A stretch of DNA of 64,000 nt from an uncultured Pseudomonadales bacterium (GCA_964441155.1 CAYYKL010000005.1:4434-68433); one strand, 5' to 3'. Shown: positions 9,922-19,846, counted from the stretch's first letter. Notes: generated from the sequence alone by a model not told the origin. Numbers and translations are program-made.

Positions 9922-10002
9922 TAAACCTCCGCTATAAAGCTCTTGCTAACCGCAGGAGATATGCTTTAAGCGTGTGAATTTTGTAACTTGAGGTATGATA
10001 GC
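9922..10002 (-). promoter_or_regulatory. rpsB (S2) autoregulatory leader with extended -10 promoter
   Basis: CACACGC..stem..GCGGAGG architecture as in known rpsB leaders; TGCTATCAT upstream. Confidence 0.65.
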
Positions 10003-10045
10003 AGAAATCTCAACCGAAACAAGACGCTGGCCACACCATGAATAC

Positions 10046-10114
10046 TGTTCGAGCAAAGCGAGAACTAATCGATTTTTTACTTCTCACTCGATAAATATTC
10101 GAGTTCGAAGAGTA
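10046..10114 (+). repeat. Dispersed palindromic repeat, family A copy 3
   Basis: TGTTCGAGCAAAGCGAGAACT..ACTTCTC..TCGAAGAGTA. Confidence 0.8.
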
Positions 10115-10167
10115 TTTGAGCGCTAGAAATATGAGATTATTATTACAAACTCTTGTTTAAATTCCAC

Positions 10168-10392
10168 CTAAAACCTGATAATTAAGTCAAACACCTCCAC
10201 ATCATGAGGACCCAAACCCGCTCGCCGCATATCCAGAACAAATGCTTGTTCTTCTACACGAGCATCAGAATACTCATGTAGTGGGTCGCTTGGATCTAAA
10301 CACTCAATCGGAAGTGCAACCATTCTATTTTCAATTCCCGGATGTTTTCTCGCCAATGCTTCAGACGTTTGATGATCAGATTCTCCTGACAT
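10168..10392 (-). CDS. Small hypothetical protein
   Basis: 74-aa ORF coupled to the upstream PRTase by a TAATG overlap. Confidence 0.55.
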   Translation of the reverse strand: MSGESDHQTSEALARKHPGIENRMVALPIECLDPSDPLHEYSDARVEEQAFVLDMRRAGLGPHDVEVFDLIIRF

Positions 10393-11156
10393 TATTCACT
10401 CCTTTCAATTATTTTATTCACATCTTCTCCTTCAAATAGCGGCAGAACAAATGCAGTTTCAACTGCCAACTTTGGCACTTCAGCTTCATCATTTACTTCC
10501 CAAATCAGCCGATTTCCTTCGATTTTGACCAGTCTTGCCCGCTTCTCAGCTCCCACCGCAAACCTGGCATGCACAGCAACCTTAATTTTTTTAAGTAATT
10601 CTTCTATAGCTACAAAAGTATTACCCGTGCTCAAAATGTCATCAATCACAACGACAATTGCACCATTTTCAATCTCTTGCCTAATTTCATCTTCTTGCCC
10701 AAGTGACATGGCTAAATATCGAGGATTGTTACGTTTTGCGGTTACAGGGACATACTCTTGCACATGACCATCATATCCGTCCTCACGAACCCTGGGATCG
10801 TCTTCTGATTTATCAAAAACTAACAACCTATGCTCTAAACCCGTGCTCCGACTAAATTCTGATACCGCTTGACGACCCAAATCCCCAAACTTATCAGATC
10901 CTGGTGCAATAAATACAACACGCTTATCCTTTGGCAGTTGTTGAAACATTTCCGAAAAAGCAGCCAATCCCGCTATAAGCGTGGCCGAATCCCGCGGATT
11001 AAATCGAAACATGCGTTTAGGTCCGGGTATTTCCGTTGATTCCATATCAAAGGAATTTCCATACAATTGCTCTCTCCCTGCAAGAATTGGTGAACCATCA
11101 ACTTCTGTTTGAACTAATTGGAGAGAATGATAAGGAGTTTCGATTGATTGTGCCAT
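10392..11156 (-). CDS. Divergent type I phosphoribosyltransferase-domain protein
   Basis: PRPP-binding loop IVVVIDDILSTGNT. Confidence 0.8.
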   Translation of the reverse strand: MAQSIETPYHSLQLVQTEVDGSPILAGREQLYGNSFDMESTEIPGPKRMFRFNPRDSATLIAGLAAFSEMFQQLPKDKRVVFIAPGSDKFGDLGRQAVSEFSRSTGLEHRLLVFDKSEDDPRVREDGYDGHVQEYVPVTAKRNNPRYLAMSLGQEDEIRQEIENGAIVVVIDDILSTGNTFVAIEELLKKIKVAVHARFAVGAEKRARLVKIEGNRLIWEVNDEAEVPKLAVETAFVLPLFEGEDVNKIIERSE

Positions 11157-11242
11157 TGATTGTGCTTATGCAAAGCTATAGAAATAGTACGATAAAACAA
11201 AGCAAAACACACTATCCAAATCACTGTTTTCCCCCGTCTCCA

Positions 11243-11983
11243 CTACCTAACCTTCACAAGTTCGCGAGATCTTCTGAATAACGCATCAAGCTCATCATGT
11301 GAAATTCCGGGAATTGGATCAGGGCCGGGTTCTGGAGTATTCTCTGCAATTCCAAACAATGATTTAAACTTTCGCTCTAGTAGGAGCGCATCTCGCTCAG
11401 GAACTGTGGGTAATGGCAGTAATCCTTCACCACTTTCAACCTTTTTTTGTTGTTTGCGGTTTAAGGGAAAAGGATGCTCTGGTTCATACCTTGCATTTCG
11501 AGCGTTAATGATTCTTTCTAAGAATTCATCGTAATTAGTATTCCAATAAGGCTCGCCACGCTGGAGCAGCATTTGACGATTCTGGAACATGTCTGTGAAT
11601 GCTTCAGCATTTTTCGGCCGTGCCAAGTTTGCTGCCACCATGTCAGGGTGAATAACCCCAACATGATGCGGTTTACACAAGGTAATGCCATTATTTTTCA
11701 CATCCCAGTCAGCAGGTTCTAATCCTAGATCCAGAGCGAGTCTTTGAGGCACGATTGCGTGATGCACCTGCAATTGATTTCGGCTACCACAGGGTCGATA
11801 TGATTCATCACCCACCACCACGGGAAACTGACATTGATTATCATCACGATCCCTGACCCAACGCCGCTGTCTATCATTGTATGCGGCGGTGGCAAGTTCA
11901 TTTGTTTTATTTTCGATGCTGGGGGCTACTGAACTGAAGCTGGAAGCTACCAAGCCAATTTCTGGAGGCAGCTCGTTCCTCAT
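11243..11983 (-). CDS. HNH endonuclease domain protein
   Basis: VRDRDDNQCQFP..CGSRNQLQVHH..NGITLCKPHH. Confidence 0.85.
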   Translation of the reverse strand: MRNELPPEIGLVASSFSSVAPSIENKTNELATAAYNDRQRRWVRDRDDNQCQFPVVVGDESYRPCGSRNQLQVHHAIVPQRLALDLGLEPADWDVKNNGITLCKPHHVGVIHPDMVAANLARPKNAEAFTDMFQNRQMLLQRGEPYWNTNYDEFLERIINARNARYEPEHPFPLNRKQQKKVESGEGLLPLPTVPERDALLLERKFKSLFGIAENTPEPGPDPIPGISHDELDALFRRSRELVKVR

Positions 11984-12261
11984 CGAATACTACTCCCTAC
12001 ATGAATTCTGCCTCTATATTGCAACCAATCTCCTTCAGCATCACCCAAAGGCGAATCACCAAGTCTCAACTCATTACGAATTACATAGAAAGCTTCTGCT
12101 TCTGGATTCGCATTTGGACGATTACCGGCAATAACTCCGTCTAACGCAGCATCAAAGGCAAGCAAGGCAAAGACATACTCAGGGCGTTGGGAAGCAAAAT
12201 TGAGATATTGCTTGAATTCTTCTTCACTTGCTATCCATGTTGTGTTTAGTTGTTCTGACAT
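11980..12261 (-). CDS. Hypothetical protein
   Basis: 93-aa ORF with ATGA overlap into the HNH gene. Confidence 0.6.
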   Translation of the reverse strand: MSEQLNTTWIASEEEFKQYLNFASQRPEYVFALLAFDAALDGVIAGNRPNANPEAEAFYVIRNELRLGDSPLGDAEGDWLQYRGRIHVGSSIR

Positions 12262-12296
12262 GTTTGAGGATTGATTTATTGCATACCCAGTATTAG

Positions 12297-12314
12297 TATT
12301 GATTCAAATCAATA
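12297..12314. promoter_or_regulatory. Putative operator palindrome
   Basis: TATTGATT-CA-AATCAATA between the divergent XRE regulator and HNH operon. Confidence 0.45.
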
Positions 12315-12356
12315 GATAATTTGATTCATATATACTTTTTCATATTTACTACAATC

Positions 12357-12782
12357 ATGTCAACCATTGATCCAAATCAAACATCTGCCCAGAAGATCGG
12401 AGCCTATATCCGCTATCAACGGACAAAGCGTGACTATTCCATTGATGATCTTGCCAAAAAATGTGATTTAAATCCTTCTTTTATCTTCAGACTGGAAAAA
12501 GGTGCTTACGAAACCATTCGACTCAATGTGATTGAGAAGCTGGCAGCTGGACTTAAAATGTCAATCCAAAGCCTATTGTTTAAATCGCAAATCATCACAA
12601 CGAGCGATCACCTGCCTCGGTTGGAGTATTACCTCAAGGAAAAATACCAATTCTCTCCCGAGGTTATCGAAGAGGTTCGCACGTTTATAAACTTTATGCA
12701 TTTCAAGCATGACGAAGAAATTGCTCAACTCAAGCAACTCCACGAGGCATATTGGAACAGATCTGATTATTTAGAAGAATAA
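12357..12782 (+). CDS. XRE-family helix-turn-helix transcriptional regulator
   Basis: IGAYIRYQR..SIDDLAKK..LNPSFIFRLEKG..IEKLAAGL. Confidence 0.88.
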   Translation: MSTIDPNQTSAQKIGAYIRYQRTKRDYSIDDLAKKCDLNPSFIFRLEKGAYETIRLNVIEKLAAGLKMSIQSLLFKSQIITTSDHLPRLEYYLKEKYQFSPEVIEEVRTFINFMHFKHDEEIAQLKQLHEAYWNRSDYLEE

Positions 12783-12809
12783 GTGTCGATCAATTTAAGA
12801 GAATTCAAT

Positions 12810-13703
12810 TTAGATCAATTGGGTGAGATTTTCAAGTAAGCATGCGACAGTAACCGGTCCTACGCCACTGGGCACAGGCGTGATAAAAGACGTTTTGGGC
12901 GCAACCGTTTCAAAATCCACATCTGCTCCAGGCGCGCCGACATCGATGACGATTGCTCCGGGCTTAACCATTTCGCCAGTGATGAGTTTTGATTTTCCCG
13001 TGGCCGAGATAATAAGGTCACTTGAGTTCAGGGTGCGAGAAAGCAAGTCAGGATCCATCGAAGTGCCCAATAAAGACACGTGTGCAGCCCCTTTGTGTTG
13101 CAACACCGCAGCCAACGGACGACCCACCAGCTCACTTCGACCGACAACACTGACATTTAGTTGAATTAGTTCAGGAATTGGCTGAGGAGCAGCGCTGGTC
13201 AATCTTTGCACGTCAACCTTTAGCGCCTCGGCTAAGATGTGCAGCACTGCTTTGACCGTGGCGGGGAGCAAAACCCAAGTTCCCTCATATACTTTGTTTA
13301 AATTTTTTCGAGTCAAGCAATCGACATCTTTGGCTGGGTCGATGGCTGAAGTCAGCTCCCTCCACCAATCGTCAAATCGCGCGGGGCTTTTGCCGGTTAT
13401 GTGCGCCCAAGAGCGTTTGCCTGGTTTTTGAATCATTACTCCGGTGACGTCTGAGCGCTTACTTGCAGAGCGAATGCTTGCTTGAATGAGCGAAACGGAA
13501 TCAGTGAGTGAGTGATCGATGCGGTCGAACTCAATACCCACCTGCACTGCGGCTTCGTGCTTGAGTCGAGTGTAGATCTGCGACGGTTCGTCTTCAGCAA
13601 AAACAACGCTCACCAAGCGCAATTTTGCATTTTTGTTGCTTTGCGTTAAAATACGCAACAGATGAGTAGCAAAAGCTGCGCCATCAAAAATGGTTGAGTT
13701 CAT
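12810..13703 (-). CDS. folD: Methylenetetrahydrofolate dehydrogenase/cyclohydrolase (divergent)
   Basis: IDPAKDVD, VGRSELVGRPLA, VKPGAIVIDVG, TPVPSGVGPVTVACLLEN. Confidence 0.92.
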   Translation of the reverse strand: MNSTIFDGAAFATHLLRILTQSNKNAKLRLVSVVFAEDEPSQIYTRLKHEAAVQVGIEFDRIDHSLTDSVSLIQASIRSASKRSDVTGVMIQKPGKRSWAHITGKSPARFDDWWRELTSAIDPAKDVDCLTRKNLNKVYEGTWVLLPATVKAVLHILAEALKVDVQRLTSAAPQPIPELIQLNVSVVGRSELVGRPLAAVLQHKGAAHVSLLGTSMDPDLLSRTLNSSDLIISATGKSKLITGEMVKPGAIVIDVGAPGADVDFETVAPKTSFITPVPSGVGPVTVACLLENLTQLI

Positions 13704-13731
13704 TATCGAATTATAGCAATGGAGAATTATT

Positions 13732-14019
13732 ATGCCAGGCGAAGTAACTAGGATTCATTTAGTACCAGATCAAGGCAGCCTCGTTAACTTAGCTCAAGCC
13801 GAACAATTAACTTTTCTGGCACGAACGCTTGTCCCAGACTTGGGAATCATCGTAACTCCTTATAACCGCGATCTCGTTCGCGGTGGAGCTGTACTTCTAG
13901 TGGCAGAACCATGGACTGATGCTGCATCGAAACCCCGTACTGGAAGAATTTTCCAAATGGCTGATGCATTAGAGGCTGCACTTCTTGAATCCCTTAACCA
14001 CGAGAGATTAGCTAGATAG
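13732..14019 (+). CDS. Hypothetical protein
   Basis: 95-aa ORF with GGAG upstream; no motif recognised. Confidence 0.5.
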   Translation: MPGEVTRIHLVPDQGSLVNLAQAEQLTFLARTLVPDLGIIVTPYNRDLVRGGAVLLVAEPWTDAASKPRTGRIFQMADALEAALLESLNHERLAR

Positions 14020-14108
14020 ATTTGCGAAATAACTACGCAGGAAAATTGTTATAGATTAAGTATACTAATACCTTGATTCTTGCTTCTTACCTCTGACTTC
14101 TAATTTTG

Positions 14109-15299
14109 TTATCCCCTCGCCCACCAGCCCACTAACTTACTTGTAGATTTTTGTTTCTTCTTGCCACCAAATTTTGGCTTGGATTCCGTTTCTTGCCCAT
14201 GATGTTTGAAAACATCAGCTCGGTTGATCCCCCACAAAACCATATCACCGCTACCCACTTTGCCCCGCGTGTCGATGTCTGACAATTGCACTTCAAAACG
14301 CGTGAGATAAGGAAAAAGCAGGAAAATGCTCTGAGCTGCCATATGTAAGCGATCAATGTATAAATCAGAAAACATTTCTTTAAAGGTGTCGCGATAGAGC
14401 ACTCCCCGATTCACAAACAATTTTTGAAACCTCAAAGGTACATGGATGCGCTTATTGCCTTTGGTGAATCGGGAAAACTTATCCTCCAGTTGATCGACGC
14501 TAAAACCCAAATGCCACACAAATTTGGAGGAGCTCATTATCCAGGTTGAGCGGCAAACAAGCGAGTTGAGTAAGATATGCGGATCATCTTCCAGGGCATT
14601 CTTCTCAATGCCGTTCAAAAAACTTCTGCCCCCTACCCTGTCTCGCCCCACATGCATTTTGTCGGCGGCAACCAAAGCCCATTGCAAGGGCATGCCTTGC
14701 GTAAGGTCAGTGCCCAGTGCTTTAATGACCGGTTCTTCGTGAAACAGAATAGAATAGAGTGTTGCGTGCCAAGCGGATGAGTGAATATGCGTGTTTAAAA
14801 ACAAGCGAGTCATGAGCCAGGCTGAATAGGTAGAGTGATTATTGCGATCCATGAAGTTGCCCAAGTCATGCGTCATCCCTACCAAAGTCATTAAGAGTTC
14901 GCTCGTAGTGTCATAGTGCTCTTTCTCTCCGTCATACGAGAATCCTGAGCGCTGCAAGAGCTCGACACCAGTCTGTGCCACCCAAAGCGTATGGCGATCG
15001 GTGTGATCGTTGAACCCATGGGTCAGCTCCATGTCCAGCACCGGTCCGACATAATCCAGCGCTTGCCCTAAGCCTTGATAGAGATACCCAAGTGCCGCAC
15101 CGCGAGAACTTAATTTGAGATAGTGATTGAAGTCGAACACCGGCAGCACTTGAGGAATGCGATGTTTGGTGATGAAAGGAAAATGGTTCTTGTCGTAGGC
15201 TATGCCATATTCATCGAGGAATTGCCAAAAAGGCTTGCCATCGGCTCTGACAAATCGTTTCTTGGCGACAAAAGGAGATTTCCGATCAACGGTTTTCAT
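14109..15299 (-). CDS. HD-domain metal-dependent phosphohydrolase
   Basis: GFNDHTDRH..THDLGN..H..FHEE..AADK. Confidence 0.82.
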   Translation of the reverse strand: MKTVDRKSPFVAKKRFVRADGKPFWQFLDEYGIAYDKNHFPFITKHRIPQVLPVFDFNHYLKLSSRGAALGYLYQGLGQALDYVGPVLDMELTHGFNDHTDRHTLWVAQTGVELLQRSGFSYDGEKEHYDTTSELLMTLVGMTHDLGNFMDRNNHSTYSAWLMTRLFLNTHIHSSAWHATLYSILFHEEPVIKALGTDLTQGMPLQWALVAADKMHVGRDRVGGRSFLNGIEKNALEDDPHILLNSLVCRSTWIMSSSKFVWHLGFSVDQLEDKFSRFTKGNKRIHVPLRFQKLFVNRGVLYRDTFKEMFSDLYIDRLHMAAQSIFLLFPYLTRFEVQLSDIDTRGKVGSGDMVLWGINRADVFKHHGQETESKPKFGGKKKQKSTSKLVGWWARG

Positions 15300-15322
15300 A
15301 ACTGTTGGTAGTTTAGCATGAG

Positions 15323-15913
15323 CTACGTGTTGTAAAAGTTTACGCGTTTTGACAATAACTCATCAAAGACATCAATGGCGCTTTTGTGCCTGAAGTGAGG
15401 AAATCGCCTGCCTTTAACTTCTCTTTCAATATATATATCATTATCGTGTTTGGAAAAAGTTGGTTTTACCATATCAGAATCAAGTGCGCCCAATGTATCC
15501 GCTTCCATAAGTGCAATTTCATCATCATTCACTAATTCCTCCACTCGATCATGCATATACACTAAATGTTTTATTCGCAAGATTTCTTCTGGAGCATATT
15601 GATCGGAAAATTGCTCATTTAGCAATGTCTCAATTTTATTAGCACCCGCCTCCATATGCCTTTCTTTTTTGGTGTGTATATCGGTCATATCAGTCACCCC
15701 ATCTTCAAAAAGTCCGATATATCCCCAATCATGTGCATACGCAGCAGTTACCAATATTTTAAAATTCAAATTCGATTCGTTATCAATAATATATTTTATC
15801 CAGTGAACAACAGCTTGTGTGTGAGGCTTATCAAAATCTGGCCGTCCTTTGTCGAGATCCGGCAAAATTATCCCACTAATTTGTTCTTCCCAGTTTTGAT
15901 TTGATTTATGCAT
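15323..15913 (-). CDS. HD-domain protein
   Basis: DKPHT..AHDWGY..HMEAGA..MHD..EADTL; start placed at ATG 15913. Confidence 0.82.
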   Translation of the reverse strand: MHKSNQNWEEQISGIILPDLDKGRPDFDKPHTQAVVHWIKYIIDNESNLNFKILVTAAYAHDWGYIGLFEDGVTDMTDIHTKKERHMEAGANKIETLLNEQFSDQYAPEEILRIKHLVYMHDRVEELVNDDEIALMEADTLGALDSDMVKPTFSKHDNDIYIEREVKGRRFPHFRHKSAIDVFDELLSKRVNFYNT

Positions 15914-16946
15914 GCGTCCTTTCCCACTGACGTTGAATTTCTTCAAAAGTTAATGCATGGCTTGGAGTACGCACTTTTTCTTGAAGAATGTTAACAGCCA
16001 ATTCACGAATTCCTGCAGCATTTTCATCACTGTAACCATCAAATGCTGCACCAACAACACACTTAAACGCAAATGGTACATGAATTTCTTTTAATACGTC
16101 AGGCGAATCATAAGCCTCAATGAGTGCGCTAGCTCTTTCAAATGCTTGCTGCTCGCCACCTGCCAACCACCTAAGAATCTGATCACCCACTGCAAATCCC
16201 ACATCGTAGCCTCTCGGACCATACGCAACAGCATTATCAAATAAATGCACTCGACCCTCAGGTGTTACCGAAGTATTATCTCGCCATGCATCTCCATGAA
16301 TTCTTCTCACCTCGAGCGCTTGAATGCCATGCGTTGCAACACCAATCATTAGTTCTTGAATAGTAGTAAGTTGATCTGATAATGATGGCTCTCGATCTCT
16401 CAAATAATCAGCAACTTCATTAAATCTTTCTCTGCCATAAATAGGATGTAATGAGCCATAAATGCTCCAATCCCTTAGTTCAGCTGGAGTTAACTCTACC
16501 CTCCGCTCATGCATCTCACGAAGGTGTGTTCCAAGATTTTCATAGGCAATCAATGCTAACGATTGATCATCTTCATTAATTACTTGTGTCAACAACCTTG
16601 GAGAAGGGTTTACTTCGAGCAACATTGCTATTCCTGTCATCCTATCAGGAACCCCTGCAAGCAATGCATCCTTGAGTAAACTGTTTGGGTCAAATGGGAT
16701 ATTCCTGATTTCGCCTTTATCTGCAGTGAACAATCCCTCCAACGCCTCAACACCTGCCAATTGATATGCCCGCAAATAATCCGGAGTAACCGCTTTTGGA
16801 ACTCTAAGAAACTTATCTCCCTCATTTGTGCCCACAACACAACCACTTGAGCCATATCCCTCAAACACTTCGCTCTTCTGTGATAGTCTTAACCCGTCAA
16901 GCCAGAAATTTAAATCATTACTTGATTCTTTTACGACTCTAAACAT
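15906..16946 (-). CDS. Aminoglycoside/choline-kinase-fold phosphotransferase
   Basis: RIHGDAWRDN (HGDxxxxN) then LFD..GPRGYDVG. Confidence 0.78.
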   Translation of the reverse strand: MFRVVKESSNDLNFWLDGLRLSQKSEVFEGYGSSGCVVGTNEGDKFLRVPKAVTPDYLRAYQLAGVEALEGLFTADKGEIRNIPFDPNSLLKDALLAGVPDRMTGIAMLLEVNPSPRLLTQVINEDDQSLALIAYENLGTHLREMHERRVELTPAELRDWSIYGSLHPIYGRERFNEVADYLRDREPSLSDQLTTIQELMIGVATHGIQALEVRRIHGDAWRDNTSVTPEGRVHLFDNAVAYGPRGYDVGFAVGDQILRWLAGGEQQAFERASALIEAYDSPDVLKEIHVPFAFKCVVGAAFDGYSDENAAGIRELAVNILQEKVRTPSHALTFEEIQRQWERTHA

Positions 16947-17584
16947 ACTTCAATACAATCAATAATTTTTTCTTTAAGCATTTTCGAATGTTCGTCATTA
17001 TGCACAAAATCACTCACTTCCGCTTCAGAAACTTCAACGATTGACGTGGTTCCTAAGTTAAGTTGCTTTATTAGTTCGTGAATACCTATTTCCAACTGCA
17101 TCAAATAGTCTTGCGTGTAGTATGCCAATTCATAATCCCGCCCACGCTCTTTTAATCGTTTAAGCAGCGTTGGCATTGAATAATTGAGGTGAATCACGGT
17201 CAGTTCGGACAAAAGATTTTTGGTGACTGAGTTGTAGACTTTTTCATAGAGTTCCCATTCGTCTTGAGAGATGTTGCCTACCGCCAAATGACTATAGGTG
17301 TAGACCCAACTCATTAAAAGCCCACTATCAATCACCAATGGTTTGCCTGAGTTCATGGCAATCGCTTGCTCAAGTAGTTCTGCCCTGCGCATTGTGAGCC
17401 AAAGCTCATTGGTCAAAGCCCAGCGCTTGGTATTTTGCAAATAGAGCTCGCGGAAAGGATCTTCGGTTTGAAACAGGGTGTCAGCGTCAAGAAAATCTGC
17501 ACCTAGTGCTTCGACAATCAATGGCGCGGCACTAGTCTTGCCCGACGCCACATTGCCGATGATAGTGATGATGTTAGAACGCAT
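16931..17584 (-). CDS. Deoxynucleoside kinase
   Basis: P-loop GNVASGKTS, RWAL, LID motif RLKERGRDYE. Confidence 0.88.
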   Translation of the reverse strand: MRSNIITIIGNVASGKTSAAPLIVEALGADFLDADTLFQTEDPFRELYLQNTKRWALTNELWLTMRRAELLEQAIAMNSGKPLVIDSGLLMSWVYTYSHLAVGNISQDEWELYEKVYNSVTKNLLSELTVIHLNYSMPTLLKRLKERGRDYELAYYTQDYLMQLEIGIHELIKQLNLGTTSIVEVSEAEVSDFVHNDEHSKMLKEKIIDCIEVCLES

Positions 17585-19037
17585 GCCCATTTCTTTCATG
17601 TTTAGGCCTAAACAATACATCTAGATATCTCAAAGTATAGTCTAAATTAGTTGGATCAACCAGAATTCCCAATCTAAATCCCCCATCAAAATCAATAGCT
17701 TCGAAACTTTCGCTGCCTTCCAAACCTTTGCATTTCAAATTGTCCAAGATTTCTCGAAAATATTTGCATGCATCATAAACAACTTGAGCCACTACTGGTT
17801 TTTTCACTTCCTCGCCTTTTTCGTTAATCACCTTTTTTTCCTTTAGTGCAAGCTGATCTAAGGTTAAAGATGCTTCTTGAATTTGATCTCTGCGAATCAC
17901 AAGCTCTAGCTGCATCCCTCCATTATCATCATCAAAATCTGAATTATCTTTTACCCTTATCACGAATTGCTCCATCTCTGGTTTAAGGGCGAATAAAGCT
18001 TGCGACATAACAAGCACGCGATCTTTCATTAGCTTAGCGTATAAACTTAACCACGATAACAGATGAGGAACTCCCTCGAATCGGTGAAGATTATGCAATT
18101 CATCTGTTAATTTTTTTCGTGTATTATTTCTTGAGTCTGTTATTCCCAAAATGTTTTTGAAGTGTTCATCCATTTGCCCGGGCTTAAAATTAAGCTCCAG
18201 CACTAAACCATCTTCCTCAGCAAGAAAAGCGGTTTCCTCAATCATTGCCGCAACTTGATAATGCTCATCAACATCGGTTAACAATTGCTCATTCTCTAAA
18301 TGATCACACTTTTTACTTGTAATCCGCTTTATCTCTACAGCATCAGCTTTATCACCAGCCAAAATTGCCAGAGAGGGTCTTCCAAAATATTTAAGCATCT
18401 CTGAGTATGCTTCATGAGGATTTGAGTTCTTCTCCCAAATTCGTTTCATATGAGCGGCTGCGAATTTTTCGTCGTGGAGGGCGATTCCTCTCAAGATTTG
18501 ACGTCGAACACCCGGCATTGTTTTAAGCTCAGGAACCAAGTGATCAATTATTTTTTTCGTGACAAATGGATGAGCTTTTCTGCTAACCAACATGCCAGCA
18601 TCATGCAAGTATCCTTGAACTATCGCAATTCTGATTTCTTCTTCTGACGCTCCAAGGCTAGTCAACAAATCAACCGCTTTACTTGTAACTTCTCTAACGT
18701 GCTCTATGCCATGCCGATTAAATCCGTTTGGATACGATTCATCATGTGACGTTTCCACCAAATCATAATATGGCGTTAATCTTTGATCTAATTGATCAAT
18801 CAATTCTAGTCTTGAAGAGCCAAAAATATCTATAGGCGCAAATTCTGGCTGCTTAAATCTTCCCTGTTCATCAAAAAATAATGAATATATTTGTTGTTTT
18901 CCCAGTACTTCTGGTAATTTCTTATCGTTCTCCTCATTGCCCGTATAATTAATTACCAATCCTTCAGCTTGAAAAAGCCGCATTCCCTGTTTGACAGTAT
19001 TTGCAAAATCTTGTGGTCGAAGTGTTTCAGCTGGCAT
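17574..19037 (-). CDS. HD-domain phosphohydrolase (paralog family of 14109-15299)
   Basis: GFNRHGIEH..LHDAGM..H..LHDE..AGDK. Confidence 0.8.
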   Translation of the reverse strand: MPAETLRPQDFANTVKQGMRLFQAEGLVINYTGNEENDKKLPEVLGKQQIYSLFFDEQGRFKQPEFAPIDIFGSSRLELIDQLDQRLTPYYDLVETSHDESYPNGFNRHGIEHVREVTSKAVDLLTSLGASEEEIRIAIVQGYLHDAGMLVSRKAHPFVTKKIIDHLVPELKTMPGVRRQILRGIALHDEKFAAAHMKRIWEKNSNPHEAYSEMLKYFGRPSLAILAGDKADAVEIKRITSKKCDHLENEQLLTDVDEHYQVAAMIEETAFLAEEDGLVLELNFKPGQMDEHFKNILGITDSRNNTRKKLTDELHNLHRFEGVPHLLSWLSLYAKLMKDRVLVMSQALFALKPEMEQFVIRVKDNSDFDDDNGGMQLELVIRRDQIQEASLTLDQLALKEKKVINEKGEEVKKPVVAQVVYDACKYFREILDNLKCKGLEGSESFEAIDFDGGFRLGILVDPTNLDYTLRYLDVLFRPKHERNGHAF

Positions 19038-19068
19038 TAGTTGTTATTCCCGAACTAAAAATGTATAC

Positions 19069-19153
19069 AAAAAAATCACCCCTCTTGATAACTTGGTGTC
19101 ACTCCCTCGCACGCGATGCAAGAGATCCGGTTCTTGGTCAAAAGCAGGTGATT
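19069..19153 (-). promoter_or_regulatory. Structured leader or small RNA ending in a U-tract
   Basis: 15-bp stem AATCACCTGCTTTTGA/TCAAGAGGGGTGATT enclosing a 9-bp hairpin, followed by T7; TTGCAT-17-TAAAAT upstream. Confidence 0.5.
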
Positions 19154-19216
19154 ACCTACTTCAATAACTATAGGCTATATTTTAGTATACATTAAATACA
19201 CATGCAACCAGTAAAA

Positions 19217-19795
19217 TTAATTTCTGTTTAACTCAACTTCTAGTTGGTCACTAGTTAATCCTATTGATTTGGTGAATGCTTCAAATTGCTCACGTACACC
19301 AATATTTTCATGAATTAAATGCTTTAGTTCGCGAATCGTTTCGGCCCATTCATAGGGAAACACCACCCATTGATTGGTGGCTTCAGCCACAAAATCTGGT
19401 TTGTAGGTGCTATGGGGTTTGGCAAAAAGGCACGCACTCTTGAGCAAAATTGGCTCAAGACCTTTCAAGTTTGCAAGCGCCACCTCAAACGTGCGGCCAG
19501 AATCACAAATTTCGTCAACGAGCAGCACTTTTTTGCCCGCCATCCCCTGAGTGAGCGGTTGATACACGACAATTTCACCTTTTTGCCCTATCCCTTGATA
19601 TGAGCGCAAGCCGATGTTGAGCACAGGTAAATCAAGAAGGTCTGAGAGGATCCGCGCTAAAAGAGCCCCACCTCGAGAGATCGACACGATTTCTTCATAG
19701 GTTTCACCCGAGGCAACCACCATTTGAGCGAGCTGAAAACTTAACCGATTGAAGTTGGGAAAATCAATAAAACGTAAATCCGGAATGGTTGCCAT
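19217..19795 (-). CDS. Purine phosphoribosyltransferase (xanthine/hypoxanthine-guanine type)
   Basis: ISRGG, VLLVDEICDSGRT, WVVFPYE. Confidence 0.88.
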   Translation of the reverse strand: MATIPDLRFIDFPNFNRLSFQLAQMVVASGETYEEIVSISRGGALLARILSDLLDLPVLNIGLRSYQGIGQKGEIVVYQPLTQGMAGKKVLLVDEICDSGRTFEVALANLKGLEPILLKSACLFAKPHSTYKPDFVAEATNQWVVFPYEWAETIRELKHLIHENIGVREQFEAFTKSIGLTSDQLEVELNRN

Positions 19796-19846
19796 ATTTT
19801 TTTCACTTTCTTAAGTCAATCTATATAACGATAGTACATTCTATAT

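Noticed and set aside
14072-14102. Degenerate heptamer run CTTGATT CTTGCTT CTTACCT CTGACTT
   Set aside because: Only four imperfect units with no inverted partner; too weak to call.
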